From Candidatus Omnitrophota bacterium (GTDB taxonomy: Bacteria; Omnitrophota; Gorgyraeia; VGKH01): a stretch of DNA of 64,000 nt. The translations under genes and the position numbers were made by a program. Below, in pieces: positions 15,695 through 25,120 of the stretch (position 1 is its first letter; each line of letters opens with the position of its first letter). The DNA is taken from positions 218,850 to 282,849 of the forward strand of contig JAKLEP010000001.1 in the NCBI GenBank assembly GCA_022703055.1, in the 5' to 3' direction. The notes beneath the pieces are model-generated. The model did not search any database. It saw nothing but the letters and a program-made list of their open reading frames with translations, and had not been told where the DNA came from.

Positions 15695-16756
15695 ATGCAT
15701 AAATTTATGAAAATTTATGACAAAAGGTTTTTTATTGCCATTTTAATTTCTATTTTAGTGAGTTCTTGTGCAACCGCAAAAAGAGAAAAGCAGATTTCCA
15801 GCGATTTAAGAAAAGCCGCATTAAAACTCTCCCAAAAAAATAGTCTTTCCGGGACCAATTATTATACCGTTGACCAAGATGACGTCTTGGATATAACAGT
15901 TTGGAAATCATTAAGTACAAAAAAAGGCGAGGCAGAGGAATATTTTCTTAATGATGGCGATAAGCTGGAGATTTCCGTCTGGCAATGGCCTGATTTATTA
16001 AAAGACGTGGTTGTACGTCCTGACGGGAAGATCTCTTTTCCTTTGATCGGTGATGTCGTTGCTCAGGGTAGGACCTTAACCGACTTGGATAACGAAATTA
16101 CTGAAAAATTATCCGCTTTTATCAAGTCTCCAGAAGTTTCAATAATGATAACGGCTTTCGGAACAGCACAAGAGGGTTTTTTGAGGCCGGAGATAAATTT
16201 CGTCAAAGTTAATGAGTTGAGTACGGAGCAGACGGTGGCTCCCGACGGGAATATTTATTTACCTTTATTCGGAGCAGTCCAGGCCGGAGGCTTAACTTTA
16301 AACCAGCTAAGTTTGAAAATTAAGGAAAAGGCCCTCCAGTTTGTACAGAATCCGGAAGTATCGATTAGCATCAGACAGTTCGGAGGAAGAAAGCTTATTG
16401 TCCTGGGCGAGGTTCTCGACCCGGGAACATATGTCTTTACCGGAGAGGCAACAGTATTGGAGGCTATCGGCTGGGCCGGAGGTTATACCAGAAACGCCGT
16501 TTTAAAGAATGTTTTTGTCATAAGAGGCGATTTGGCTAATCCCCAAGTTTATACTTTGAATTTGCGCGATGTACTGGACAAAAAAAATCTGAGCCAGGAT
16601 TTGAAGATACAGGCTAGAGACGTAGTGTATGTGCCTAGAACTGTTATCTCCGAGGTGAGCCATGTTCTGATGCAGCTGCTTAGTCCTCTAACGAGCTCTT
16701 CTTCGGCGGTATCTGGAATTCAAACAATCAGGGCTGGCACAGGTCCTAAGAAATAA
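15695..16756 (+). CDS. polysaccharide export outer-membrane lipoprotein (Wza/Poly_export + SLBB)
   Basis: Lipobox-like ILVSSC near the N-terminus. VRPDGKISFPLIGDVVAQGRTLTDL and the second copy VAPDGNIYLPLFGAVQAGGLTLNQL are typical Poly_export/SLBB motifs. Confidence 0.8.
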   Translation: MHKFMKIYDKRFFIAILISILVSSCATAKREKQISSDLRKAALKLSQKNSLSGTNYYTVDQDDVLDITVWKSLSTKKGEAEEYFLNDGDKLEISVWQWPDLLKDVVVRPDGKISFPLIGDVVAQGRTLTDLDNEITEKLSAFIKSPEVSIMITAFGTAQEGFLRPEINFVKVNELSTEQTVAPDGNIYLPLFGAVQAGGLTLNQLSLKIKEKALQFVQNPEVSISIRQFGGRKLIVLGEVLDPGTYVFTGEATVLEAIGWAGGYTRNAVLKNVFVIRGDLANPQVYTLNLRDVLDKKNLSQDLKIQARDVVYVPRTVISEVSHVLMQLLSPLTSSSSAVSGIQTIRAGTGPKK

Positions 16757-16757
16757 T

Positions 16758-18677
16758 ATGCCACAATACGAATTAAACATACAAGATTATTTAAGAATTT
16801 TAAGAAAGCGTAAATGGATAATTCTTCTTACCATGGTTTCTACTTTTATCGGTATCATAACTTATAACAATCTGCAGACACCGGTTTATAGCTCAAGCGT
16901 TTCCATAAAGATAGAGGTACGTCAGACGGCTATAACCGCTCTTACCGAGACGATATTAGGCGGAGGCTACGATGTCTTAGCTACCGAACAGAAAGTCCTC
17001 AGCGGCCGTCCGGTGGTGGAGGAAGCTGCAAGGCGCTTACAGCTTTTCGCAAAAAATGCTTCCCAGGACGAAATTGATGTTGTAGTAAGCAATATACAGA
17101 GCGGCTTGGAATCGACAACCGACCAAGTTTCTTCGATTATAGTACTGACTGTGCAATCAGACCAGCCTAAGAAGGCGCGCGATATCGCCAATATGATAGC
17201 GGAGGTCTATATCGAAGAAAATTTAAAACAGAGGAGCAAAGAAGCAACCCAGGTGCGGGAGTTTATCGAGAAACAATTATCCGATGTCGAAACAAGGTTG
17301 CATGCTTCCGAAGATGCCTTGGCAAAATTCAGGGAGAAAGAGGCGGTTACGGGAGAAGCGGTGGGTCTTGAGAATCGTCTTGGTACTCTAAAGTCGCAGT
17401 TATCTGAATTATTGACTAAGGCGACAGAAAAACATCCTGATGTCCAGCGTCTGGAAGAGCAGGTTAGGGAAGTCGAGGACGCGCTGAAGAAATTGCCAAA
17501 GTCCGAATTGGAGTTTGCCAGGCTGCAGCGCGATGTCAATGTTAACGAGAAGCTCTACACGATGCTTAGAGAAAAATTCGAGGAATCCAGGATTTCCGAG
17601 AAAGGGATGGTTTCCCAGGCGACAGTAATTAATCCGGCGGTAGAGCCTCAGGTGCCTATCAAGCCAAATAAAAGATTTGCTGCGGTCGTCGGCATAGTGG
17701 TCGGGTTGATGCTAGGATTGATTTTGGCATTTGTTACTGAGAGTTTGGATACTTCCATCGGAACGATAGAAGATGTCGAGAATTTATTAAAAGTCCCGGT
17801 TTTAGCCATTATCCCGTCGATTAGAACAGAAGTGGCAGATGAGAAGCCTTGGTGGAAGCGCGGCCTCTTTCCTCAAATGCAGCCGACCAAAGAGGAAGAG
17901 AGAGAGGCGGCGCTGTCTGTTTTATTTAAACCTTTATCCCAAATTGCGGAGTCATACAGAATATTAAGGACTAATCTGAAGATATCTGATACTAAAAAGG
18001 CGTTTCTTATTACAAGTTGCGGTCCTCAGGAGGGCAAGACAACCGTCCTGGTTGGGCTAGGTATAACTTTGGCGCAGAAGGGGATAAAGACGCTTATAAT
18101 CGATTCCGATCTCAGGCGCCCGTCAGTGCATAAAAAACTCGGCATTACCAAGGAATCGGGAATAAATGAAATAATTAATAAATCTATGACTTGGCAGGAT
18201 GCGATTAAAGGCCTGCCCGATATTCTGATGGGGGAACTAGGTTTTGACGAAGTTCTAAAGAACCCAGGATTGGATAATTTAAGCATAATTACCTCCGGCG
18301 CATCTTCTAATAACCCTTCAGAGTTGTTGGGCTCTAAAGCCATGGAGTCATTGATAGCCGAGTTTAGAAATAATTTTGATGTAATTCTATTTGATTCTCC
18401 GCCGAGCTTGGCCATAACCGACGCTTCGGTATTAGCGCCCCTGCTTGATGGAGTGGTGATTGTTTATGAGATGGGTAGGACAGCAAGAGCCGCGTTATTA
18501 AGAGCAAAGATTCAATTACAGGCTGTTGGCGCTAACGTCCTTGGGGTTGCGCTTAACCATATTAAGCCGGAAAGCTACGTTGCAACAGGTTATTACCCCT
18601 ATTACTATCATTATAAGTATAAATATGCTGATAAACAAAAAGAGGAAAAGGAATCTCAACATCAGGAGTCAACATAA
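16758..18677 (+). CDS. polysaccharide co-polymerase / BY-type tyrosine autokinase (Wzc/GumC-like)
   Basis: 639 aa. Wzz-like N-terminus with TM and coiled-coil, then a second TM (AAVVGIVVGLMLGLILAFV). P-loop domain with GPQEGKTT, IIDSDLRRP and ILFDSPP. C-terminal Tyr cluster GYYPYYYHYKYKY. Confidence 0.8.
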   Translation: MPQYELNIQDYLRILRKRKWIILLTMVSTFIGIITYNNLQTPVYSSSVSIKIEVRQTAITALTETILGGGYDVLATEQKVLSGRPVVEEAARRLQLFAKNASQDEIDVVVSNIQSGLESTTDQVSSIIVLTVQSDQPKKARDIANMIAEVYIEENLKQRSKEATQVREFIEKQLSDVETRLHASEDALAKFREKEAVTGEAVGLENRLGTLKSQLSELLTKATEKHPDVQRLEEQVREVEDALKKLPKSELEFARLQRDVNVNEKLYTMLREKFEESRISEKGMVSQATVINPAVEPQVPIKPNKRFAAVVGIVVGLMLGLILAFVTESLDTSIGTIEDVENLLKVPVLAIIPSIRTEVADEKPWWKRGLFPQMQPTKEEEREAALSVLFKPLSQIAESYRILRTNLKISDTKKAFLITSCGPQEGKTTVLVGLGITLAQKGIKTLIIDSDLRRPSVHKKLGITKESGINEIINKSMTWQDAIKGLPDILMGELGFDEVLKNPGLDNLSIITSGASSNNPSELLGSKAMESLIAEFRNNFDVILFDSPPSLAITDASVLAPLLDGVVIVYEMGRTARAALLRAKIQLQAVGANVLGVALNHIKPESYVATGYYPYYYHYKYKYADKQKEEKESQHQEST

Positions 18678-18705
18678 TAATTTATATTTTAGGATTGTTT
18701 ATTAG

Positions 18706-18735
18706 AAGGGGATAATTGTCCCCTTTTTATTTTTA
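18706..18735 (+). terminator. intrinsic terminator-like hairpin after wzc-like gene
   Basis: AAGGGGA (18706-18712) / TCCCCTT (18719-18725), 6-nt loop, then TTTATTTTT. It ends 3 nt before the next ORF's ATG. Confidence 0.55.
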
Positions 18736-18737
18736 CT

Positions 18738-20171
18738 ATGTTTCAAAATAACTTCCTTAAAAACAAAAATAATTTTTTATCGCTTAATTTTGGCCAGATA
18801 GATAGCAGGGCTTTGCTTTTGCTTTTGGTTTTAGTGGCGGTATCAGCGCTTATTGGCTTTAAAATCGCGGCTTTTCATCCGCTTGTTCCGATAGCTCTTT
18901 TGGCGGCAATCGCGATAGGTATCGCAACTTTAGTAAATACAAACCTGGGCTTAACGATTTTGATTTTTTCTATGCTTTTATCGCCTGAAATACCCATAGC
19001 TCAGACTGCAGAAAGAGCGGTAACCGTCAGGATCGAAGATTTCTTAATCATGGCCGTATTTTTTGCCTGGTTTGCCAAGACAGCAGTAAGAAAAGAATTA
19101 GGGCTTTTACGCAAAACCCCGCTTAATAAGCCCATATTTGCTTATTTGGCTATCAGCATTTTTTCTACTGGCCTAGGAATAATGAGCGGAGATGTCAGCG
19201 CGAAGATAGGTTTCTTCTATATTCTTAAATATGTAGAATTTTTCATGATATTTTTTGTTTTTGTCAACAATCTCGATGATCCAAAACAAATCAAGATATT
19301 TATTTTCTGTTTTTTGCTTGTGTCTTTCATTATAGGGGTTTTGACTTATGCCCAGATAGGCAAGATTGACCGTCCTTCGGCACCTTTTGAAGGAGAGCAT
19401 CCTGAACCCAATACTCTCGGGGGTTATCTTGTGTTGACAATGGCTGCGGCCCTGGGGCTATTATTGTATTCAAAGGATGCGAACGTAAAAATTATTCTGA
19501 CAGGATTAGTATGTTTTAATATCTATCCGCTTCTGATGACTTTATCCAGGAGTTCATATTTAGCTTTTATACTGATCTACTTGGTTCTTGTTTTTTTTAC
19601 AAGAAGACACAGATTGGTTATGATTGGTCTTTTAGTTTTTGCTATTTTATTTTTGCCATTTTTTATCCCCGAAAGAGTTAAGGATAGAATTCTCTATACC
19701 TTTAGCTATGGTTCTCATTATACTTTCGGTGGCGGAAAGATTAGGCTTGAGAAATCTGCGGCAGCGAGAGTTGAAACTTGGCAGCGGGCCATGGATTTCT
19801 TGTCCAAAAAACCTTTCTTTGGATTTGGCGTCACGGGCGTGCCTTTTATGGATTCCCAATATGCTAGGCTTCTTTCTGAAATCGGGATTGTCGGTTTCCT
19901 GATATTTCTTTGGCTGATTTTTGCGATAATAAAAAGCACTTGGTATATATTTAACAATTCAATTGATTATTTTACCCAGGGCCTAAGCCTTGGATTCTTG
20001 GCTGGATTTATGGGGATGCTGTTGATGGGGCTGGCGGCCAATGTTTTTGTTATAGTCAGAATTTCCGAGCCTTTATGGTTTCTGTGCGCCTGCGTTATGG
20101 CCTTGCCAGATATTTATCCTATAAAGGCACAGCAAGAAATTAATGGCGATGTCCAGACTGATTCAACCTAA
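18738..20171 (+). CDS. O-antigen polymerase/ligase-like polytopic membrane protein (Wzy-type)
   Basis: 477 aa with 10 or more hydrophobic segments and a large loop region, the typical Wzy_C/O-antigen ligase family architecture. Start uncertain, since no SD is present and a hairpin abuts the ATG. Confidence 0.55.
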   Translation: MFQNNFLKNKNNFLSLNFGQIDSRALLLLLVLVAVSALIGFKIAAFHPLVPIALLAAIAIGIATLVNTNLGLTILIFSMLLSPEIPIAQTAERAVTVRIEDFLIMAVFFAWFAKTAVRKELGLLRKTPLNKPIFAYLAISIFSTGLGIMSGDVSAKIGFFYILKYVEFFMIFFVFVNNLDDPKQIKIFIFCFLLVSFIIGVLTYAQIGKIDRPSAPFEGEHPEPNTLGGYLVLTMAAALGLLLYSKDANVKIILTGLVCFNIYPLLMTLSRSSYLAFILIYLVLVFFTRRHRLVMIGLLVFAILFLPFFIPERVKDRILYTFSYGSHYTFGGGKIRLEKSAAARVETWQRAMDFLSKKPFFGFGVTGVPFMDSQYARLLSEIGIVGFLIFLWLIFAIIKSTWYIFNNSIDYFTQGLSLGFLAGFMGMLLMGLAANVFVIVRISEPLWFLCACVMALPDIYPIKAQQEINGDVQTDST

Positions 20172-20192
20172 AATTAATTAATAAAAGATTAT

Positions 20193-21644
20193 ATGGAACT
20201 AACCAACAGGGCAATCAAAGGGACATTTATTGTTGCAAGCAGCACATATCTTATCGACTTAATTTCGTTTTTGCGCTCTATAGTCTTAGCGAGGCTTTTG
20301 GTTCCGGAATATTTTGGGATTGTAGCCTTGGCTTATTTTTTCTACAACATAATCAGGCAGCTCAAGGAGTTTAATCTAGACAGCGCCCTTATCTATAAAC
20401 CCGATGTCAGCAAAGAAGATTTTTCTACGCATTTTGTTCTGAAGTTGCTTTTGGCTTTGTTTACTCTTTTGGTTATCGCTATCGCTTCTCCGGTTTTAAC
20501 AAGATTTTACGGGCCTGACGTCACAAAGATAATTTTAATATTTGCATTTTTTTCTATATTCCAGGAGGCTGCCGCTACTCCCCGTGTAGTCCTGGAAAAA
20601 GAGTTACTATTCTCCCGGGTCGCGATAATTAATATCGTAAAAGAAATAATCAAAACCATTGTTCCAATCTGGATGGTATTTTTGGGCTTTGGTTTGTGGA
20701 GTCTCGTAGCCATGGCAGTTCTGGATATGGCGGTTCCTTTCTTTGGTTTTTTGGTAACAAAAACGTGGAAGCTGTCTTTGCGGTTCAATAAGAAGATCGC
20801 CATTTGGTTTTTGAAATACAGTTCTTATATGTGGATATCCGGTTTGTGCATAACGCTAATGTATGAATTTGACGATTTCCTCGTCGGAGTTATAGTTGGG
20901 ATGGCGGCGTTGGGTTTGTATTCAAAGGCTTACGATTTCTCTAAATTGCCGACGCAGCTTGTAACCCATATAGTAAACAGGGTTAGTCTCCCTTTGTATT
21001 CTAAATTGAAAGATAATAAACAGGAACTTTCCGTAGCCTTTAATAGTTTCTTGTATTTTATATTTAGGCTGACGCTTCCTTTGGCGCTGGTGCTATTTAT
21101 CGTCGCGCCAGAGTTTATATACTTTTTTCTGGGGGTAAAATGGTCAGGCGCTATATTGTTATTGAGGTTGTTAATTATTTATTCGGTTTTGCGCTCGATT
21201 CAGGATGATTGCTCCGCCTTGTTTTATGGAGTGGGTAGACCTAAAATCATGACAGCTATCACGTCGCTTCAAGCTATCATGATTGTTGTTTTGGGGCCGT
21301 TTTTTATTTATTTTTATAGAGTAAACGGGGCCGCTATATTCGTAGATTTGATGACCATAATCGGCATTATATTAATTTACAAAAATGTATCGGATTTAGT
21401 TTATGTTGAATATAGAAAGAATTTTCTTGTTCCTTCAATAAGCGCCTTGTTAGGATTGCTGGCTGTTTTTGTCTTAATGAAAAATTGCTACATTTCAGCT
21501 TTGCTCGTCAGATTAATTATAAAATTGTTTTTGTTTATAGTAGTTTATACGGGCGCGCTTATTTTATTTTCCAGAGATGAATTATCTCAGAACTTTAAGC
21601 ACGTTTTTGAAATATTAAAGCCAGAACTCTTGCGCAGAAGATAG
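20193..21644 (+). CDS. MOP-superfamily oligosaccharide flippase (Wzx-like), copy 1
   Basis: 483 aa polytopic membrane protein. The N-terminal region (AIKGTFIVASSTYL...ARLLVPEYFGIVAL) is typical of polysaccharide biosynthesis (PST) flippases. Confidence 0.6.
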   Translation: MELTNRAIKGTFIVASSTYLIDLISFLRSIVLARLLVPEYFGIVALAYFFYNIIRQLKEFNLDSALIYKPDVSKEDFSTHFVLKLLLALFTLLVIAIASPVLTRFYGPDVTKIILIFAFFSIFQEAAATPRVVLEKELLFSRVAIINIVKEIIKTIVPIWMVFLGFGLWSLVAMAVLDMAVPFFGFLVTKTWKLSLRFNKKIAIWFLKYSSYMWISGLCITLMYEFDDFLVGVIVGMAALGLYSKAYDFSKLPTQLVTHIVNRVSLPLYSKLKDNKQELSVAFNSFLYFIFRLTLPLALVLFIVAPEFIYFFLGVKWSGAILLLRLLIIYSVLRSIQDDCSALFYGVGRPKIMTAITSLQAIMIVVLGPFFIYFYRVNGAAIFVDLMTIIGIILIYKNVSDLVYVEYRKNFLVPSISALLGLLAVFVLMKNCYISALLVRLIIKLFLFIVVYTGALILFSRDELSQNFKHVFEILKPELLRRR

Positions 21645-21685
21645 ATGTTTAAATTCAGATTTTATTTTGCAGAAAGGATCTCTTT

Positions 21686-23170
21686 ATGGGCATTATCAAA
21701 AAGAATTTAAGAAAGAAGAAGATAGCTGTGTTGGTTGTGGGCGCGGGAGCGGCAGGCAATCTAGTCTTAGATGAAATCAAAAGGCATGGCAGTCTAAACT
21801 ACAAAATCATTGGTTTTGTAGATGACGATCCCAAAAAACAAAATAAATGTATTAATGGAATTTGCGTATTGGGAAAAATTCAGCAAATCCCAAAAATAGT
21901 CAAGGCAAATAAAATTAAAGAGATTATCATAGCTATCCCTTCGGCAAGCGGCATGCAGAACAAAAGGATTGTCAACAAATGCGAAGAGGCAAAAGTTACT
22001 TTCAGAATAATTCCGGGGATTTATGAGATGTTAAAACACGACACTGCTGCCGGGTTGTTGAGAGAGGTTGAATTAGAGGATCTTATTAGAAGGAAGCCTA
22101 TTGATTTCGATTCCGAGAGCATTAAATCGTATATCACCAATAAAACCATTTTTGTTTCCGGCGCTGGCGGTTCGATAGGCAGGGAACTTTGTCTTCAGAT
22201 CTTGAAATTTTATCCCCGTAAATTAATTCTGTTCGATCACGAAGAGAATTCTTTAAACGATGTCTTTTCGGAACTCAGAAACAGTTTCTCAAATATAGAT
22301 GTCGTTCCTATAGTGGGGAATATCTGCGAGCGAAATAAAATCAAGAGATTGTTTGTTCAATTTAAGCCGGATGTAGTATTTCACAGCGCTGCCTATAAAC
22401 ATGTCCCGATGATGGAGTTCAATGTTGCAGAGTGCATAAAAAATAATGTTTTTGGGACATTAAATATGGTCGAGGAAGCCAGGGCAGGTAATGTAAAGAG
22501 GTTTGTTTTTATATCTTCGGATAAGGCATTGAAGCCTGCAAGTATTATGGGTGCTTCAAAGAATATCGGCGAGATGATCGTAAAAGATGCGTCTAGGAAC
22601 AGTAGGACTAATTTTAGCATAGTCAGGTTCGGCAACGTTTTAATCAGCCGCGGCAGCGTGGTGCCATTATTTGTTAAGCAAATTAAAGAAAGGCAGGCTA
22701 TAACCATCACTCACAGAAAAATGACAAGATATTTTATGACTTTACCCGAGGCTGCGCAGTTAGTTATCCAGGCAGGTGCTCTGAGTAAAGGCGGAGAGAT
22801 TTTCGTTTTGGATATGGGCAAACCAATCAAGATAATAGACTTGGCAAAAGACATGATTAGGCTTTCCGGGTTAAGACCTTATAAAGACATCCCAATAGTT
22901 TATGTGGGCATGAGGCCGGGAGAGAGGTTGAATGAGCCGCATTTTGAGTTTTCAAAGAAATTACAGCCATCCGATCACGAAAGGATACTTCTTGCTGCGC
23001 CAATTCTAGTAAATCACAAGAGACTTTTTTCTTCTTTGGGCAAATTGCGGACTTTGGTATTTTTTGAAGACAAAAATAAGATTGTAAAAGAAATTAAGAA
23101 AATTGTGCCAAGTTTTAAGGAGGCTAGCTATGGTAGAAAAACCAGCGATAGCAGGTGGCAGGCCAGTTAG
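21686..23170 (+). CDS. nucleotide-sugar 4,6-dehydratase/epimerase (CapD/PglF/WbpM family)
   Basis: Two Rossmann motifs (VVGAGAAG, VSGAGGSIG) and HSAAYKHVPMME, the signature of CapD-type dehydratases. No N-terminal TM region. Confidence 0.85.
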   Translation: MGIIKKNLRKKKIAVLVVGAGAAGNLVLDEIKRHGSLNYKIIGFVDDDPKKQNKCINGICVLGKIQQIPKIVKANKIKEIIIAIPSASGMQNKRIVNKCEEAKVTFRIIPGIYEMLKHDTAAGLLREVELEDLIRRKPIDFDSESIKSYITNKTIFVSGAGGSIGRELCLQILKFYPRKLILFDHEENSLNDVFSELRNSFSNIDVVPIVGNICERNKIKRLFVQFKPDVVFHSAAYKHVPMMEFNVAECIKNNVFGTLNMVEEARAGNVKRFVFISSDKALKPASIMGASKNIGEMIVKDASRNSRTNFSIVRFGNVLISRGSVVPLFVKQIKERQAITITHRKMTRYFMTLPEAAQLVIQAGALSKGGEIFVLDMGKPIKIIDLAKDMIRLSGLRPYKDIPIVYVGMRPGERLNEPHFEFSKKLQPSDHERILLAAPILVNHKRLFSSLGKLRTLVFFEDKNKIVKEIKKIVPSFKEASYGRKTSDSRWQAS

Positions 23171-24326
23171 AAGAAATCTCCTGCCTTTTTATCGTCCTTT
23201 TATCGGAGAACAGGAGAAAAAAGCCGTAGAAAAAGTCCTAACTTCTGGCTGGCTTATTTCAGGGGGAGTAACGGGCAAATTCGAGGATGAGTTTAGAAAA
23301 TACATTGGTTGTAAATTTGCTCTAGCTGTTAATTCTTGCACGTCCGGCTTACATCTTTCTTTGGCAGCAGGCGGGATAAAAGCCAAAGATGAAGTCCTCA
23401 CTGCCCCGTTTACTTTTGCCGCTACGGCTAATGTTATAGTGCACAGAGGAGCAAAACCGATTTTTGCCGATATTGATAAAGAAACATTAAATATATCTCC
23501 AGAAAGCATTGCTAAAAAAATTAGTTCCAAAACAAAAGCGATTTTACCGGTACATATTGGAGGCTTGCCTTGCCGTATAGATGAAATACTAGCGATTGCT
23601 AGAAAGAAAAATATTAAGGTGTTCGAAGACGCTGCGCATGCAGTCGGTTCAATATATAAAAACAAGAAAATAGGCAGATGGGGAGATGCCACTGTGTTTA
23701 GTTTTCATGCAGTGAAGAATATTACTACCGCCGAAGGAGGAATGATTACGACAGATAACCAGCGGCTGGCGCAACAGCTAAGTATTTTGCGGCTGCACGG
23801 CCTGGATAAAGATTCCTGGTCCAGAGAAAAAACCCTGCATCCCTGGAAATACAAAGTCTTAGAAGCCGGATATAAATGTAACTTAAACGATGTTCTCTCG
23901 GCTATTGGCGTAGAGCAGCTTAAGCGGCTAGATAGTTTTTTAGATATAAGGACTAAATACGCAAAAATTTACGATCGAGGTTTGCAAGATATCGAAGAAA
24001 TAGAGCTGCCCACAAGGCCAGCTTTTGGGAAGCATCCCTGGCACCTGTACATTATTAAATTGAAAATTGAAAGATTAAGAATAGATAGGGATAGGTTTAT
24101 CGAGGCGCTAAGAAAGGAAAATATCGCTACAAGCGTGCATTTTATACCTTTGCATCTGCATCCGTTTTATCAGAAGAATTTTGGATACAAAAAAGGCGAT
24201 TTCCCTAATTCCGAATGGGCGTATCAAAGAGTCATCTCGTTGCCATTGTATCCTAAAATGACAGGTAAAGATTTACAGGATGTTATAATCGCGGTAAGAA
24301 AAATAATCAAATACTATAGAAGATGA
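23130..24326 (+). CDS. DegT/DnrJ/EryC1-family PLP-dependent sugar aminotransferase
   Basis: SFHAVKNITTAEGGMI (PLP lysine) and overall family pattern. Start set at ATG 23130, preceded by AAGGAGG (23117-23123), rather than the track start at 23103. Confidence 0.85.
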   Translation: MVEKPAIAGGRPVRRNLLPFYRPFIGEQEKKAVEKVLTSGWLISGGVTGKFEDEFRKYIGCKFALAVNSCTSGLHLSLAAGGIKAKDEVLTAPFTFAATANVIVHRGAKPIFADIDKETLNISPESIAKKISSKTKAILPVHIGGLPCRIDEILAIARKKNIKVFEDAAHAVGSIYKNKKIGRWGDATVFSFHAVKNITTAEGGMITTDNQRLAQQLSILRLHGLDKDSWSREKTLHPWKYKVLEAGYKCNLNDVLSAIGVEQLKRLDSFLDIRTKYAKIYDRGLQDIEEIELPTRPAFGKHPWHLYIIKLKIERLRIDRDRFIEALRKENIATSVHFIPLHLHPFYQKNFGYKKGDFPNSEWAYQRVISLPLYPKMTGKDLQDVIIAVRKIIKYYRR

Positions 24327-25120
24327 TTACTGAAACAGAGCGGATTAAGAGAATATACCGTTTGCGCGAAGAAAAAGGTGTTTTTTGGTCGCTTTTCAGA
24401 CCGGAAGTCCATTTTATGGATTTCGAACTACAGAGAAAATATATGCAGGCATTTAAAATTTGCGGCCTGTCCGAGGAAAACGTCGGAGCAAAAAAACTTT
24501 TAGACGCCGGCTGTGGTGGCGGAAGGTGGCTGAGGTGGTTTCAAGATTTGGGATTCAGGCAATTGTTCGGAGTTGATATCCGAGACGAGGAAATAAATAA
24601 TGCCAGACAGCTGAATCCCGGTATCAATTTTCGTAATTCCGGCATCTCGAGCTTGCCATTTGAGGATAGCTACTTTGATTTTATTATTTTATCCGAGGTA
24701 TTTTCATCGATTTTAGATGACAGCCTTATAGAAGTTTCGGCAAAAGAACTCTTTCGCGTCCTGGCTCCTGGAGGCGCGATTTTATTTAATGATAATTCCA
24801 GCAAGGCAGTCGATAAAACCAAAATCGACGGCGAAAATTATTTGAGGCATATTAAAAAAGAATATTTAATTAAATTATTTCCAGATTCAGAGATAAGGTT
24901 CTCTTATTTCTTAGTCAATCCGTTTTTTACCGGAGCCCTTACTTCTATTATCAACAGAGGCATAATAAATTCAGTTTTAAGAAAAATACCCTATCTAAAT
25001 ACAACATTCAATAAACGCCAAGTTTCAATGATTAAATTTCCTTATTGTTTGGCTGAATTGTTGAAACACTTCAGTTTCTTAAAAATCCATATTTTCGCCA
25101 TTATAAGAAAATCAAGATGA
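24323..25120 (+). CDS. class I SAM-dependent methyltransferase
   Basis: LLDAGCGGGRW SAM-binding motif I. ATGA overlap with the aminotransferase. Confidence 0.7.
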   Translation: MITETERIKRIYRLREEKGVFWSLFRPEVHFMDFELQRKYMQAFKICGLSEENVGAKKLLDAGCGGGRWLRWFQDLGFRQLFGVDIRDEEINNARQLNPGINFRNSGISSLPFEDSYFDFIILSEVFSSILDDSLIEVSAKELFRVLAPGGAILFNDNSSKAVDKTKIDGENYLRHIKKEYLIKLFPDSEIRFSYFLVNPFFTGALTSIINRGIINSVLRKIPYLNTTFNKRQVSMIKFPYCLAELLKHFSFLKIHIFAIIRKSR

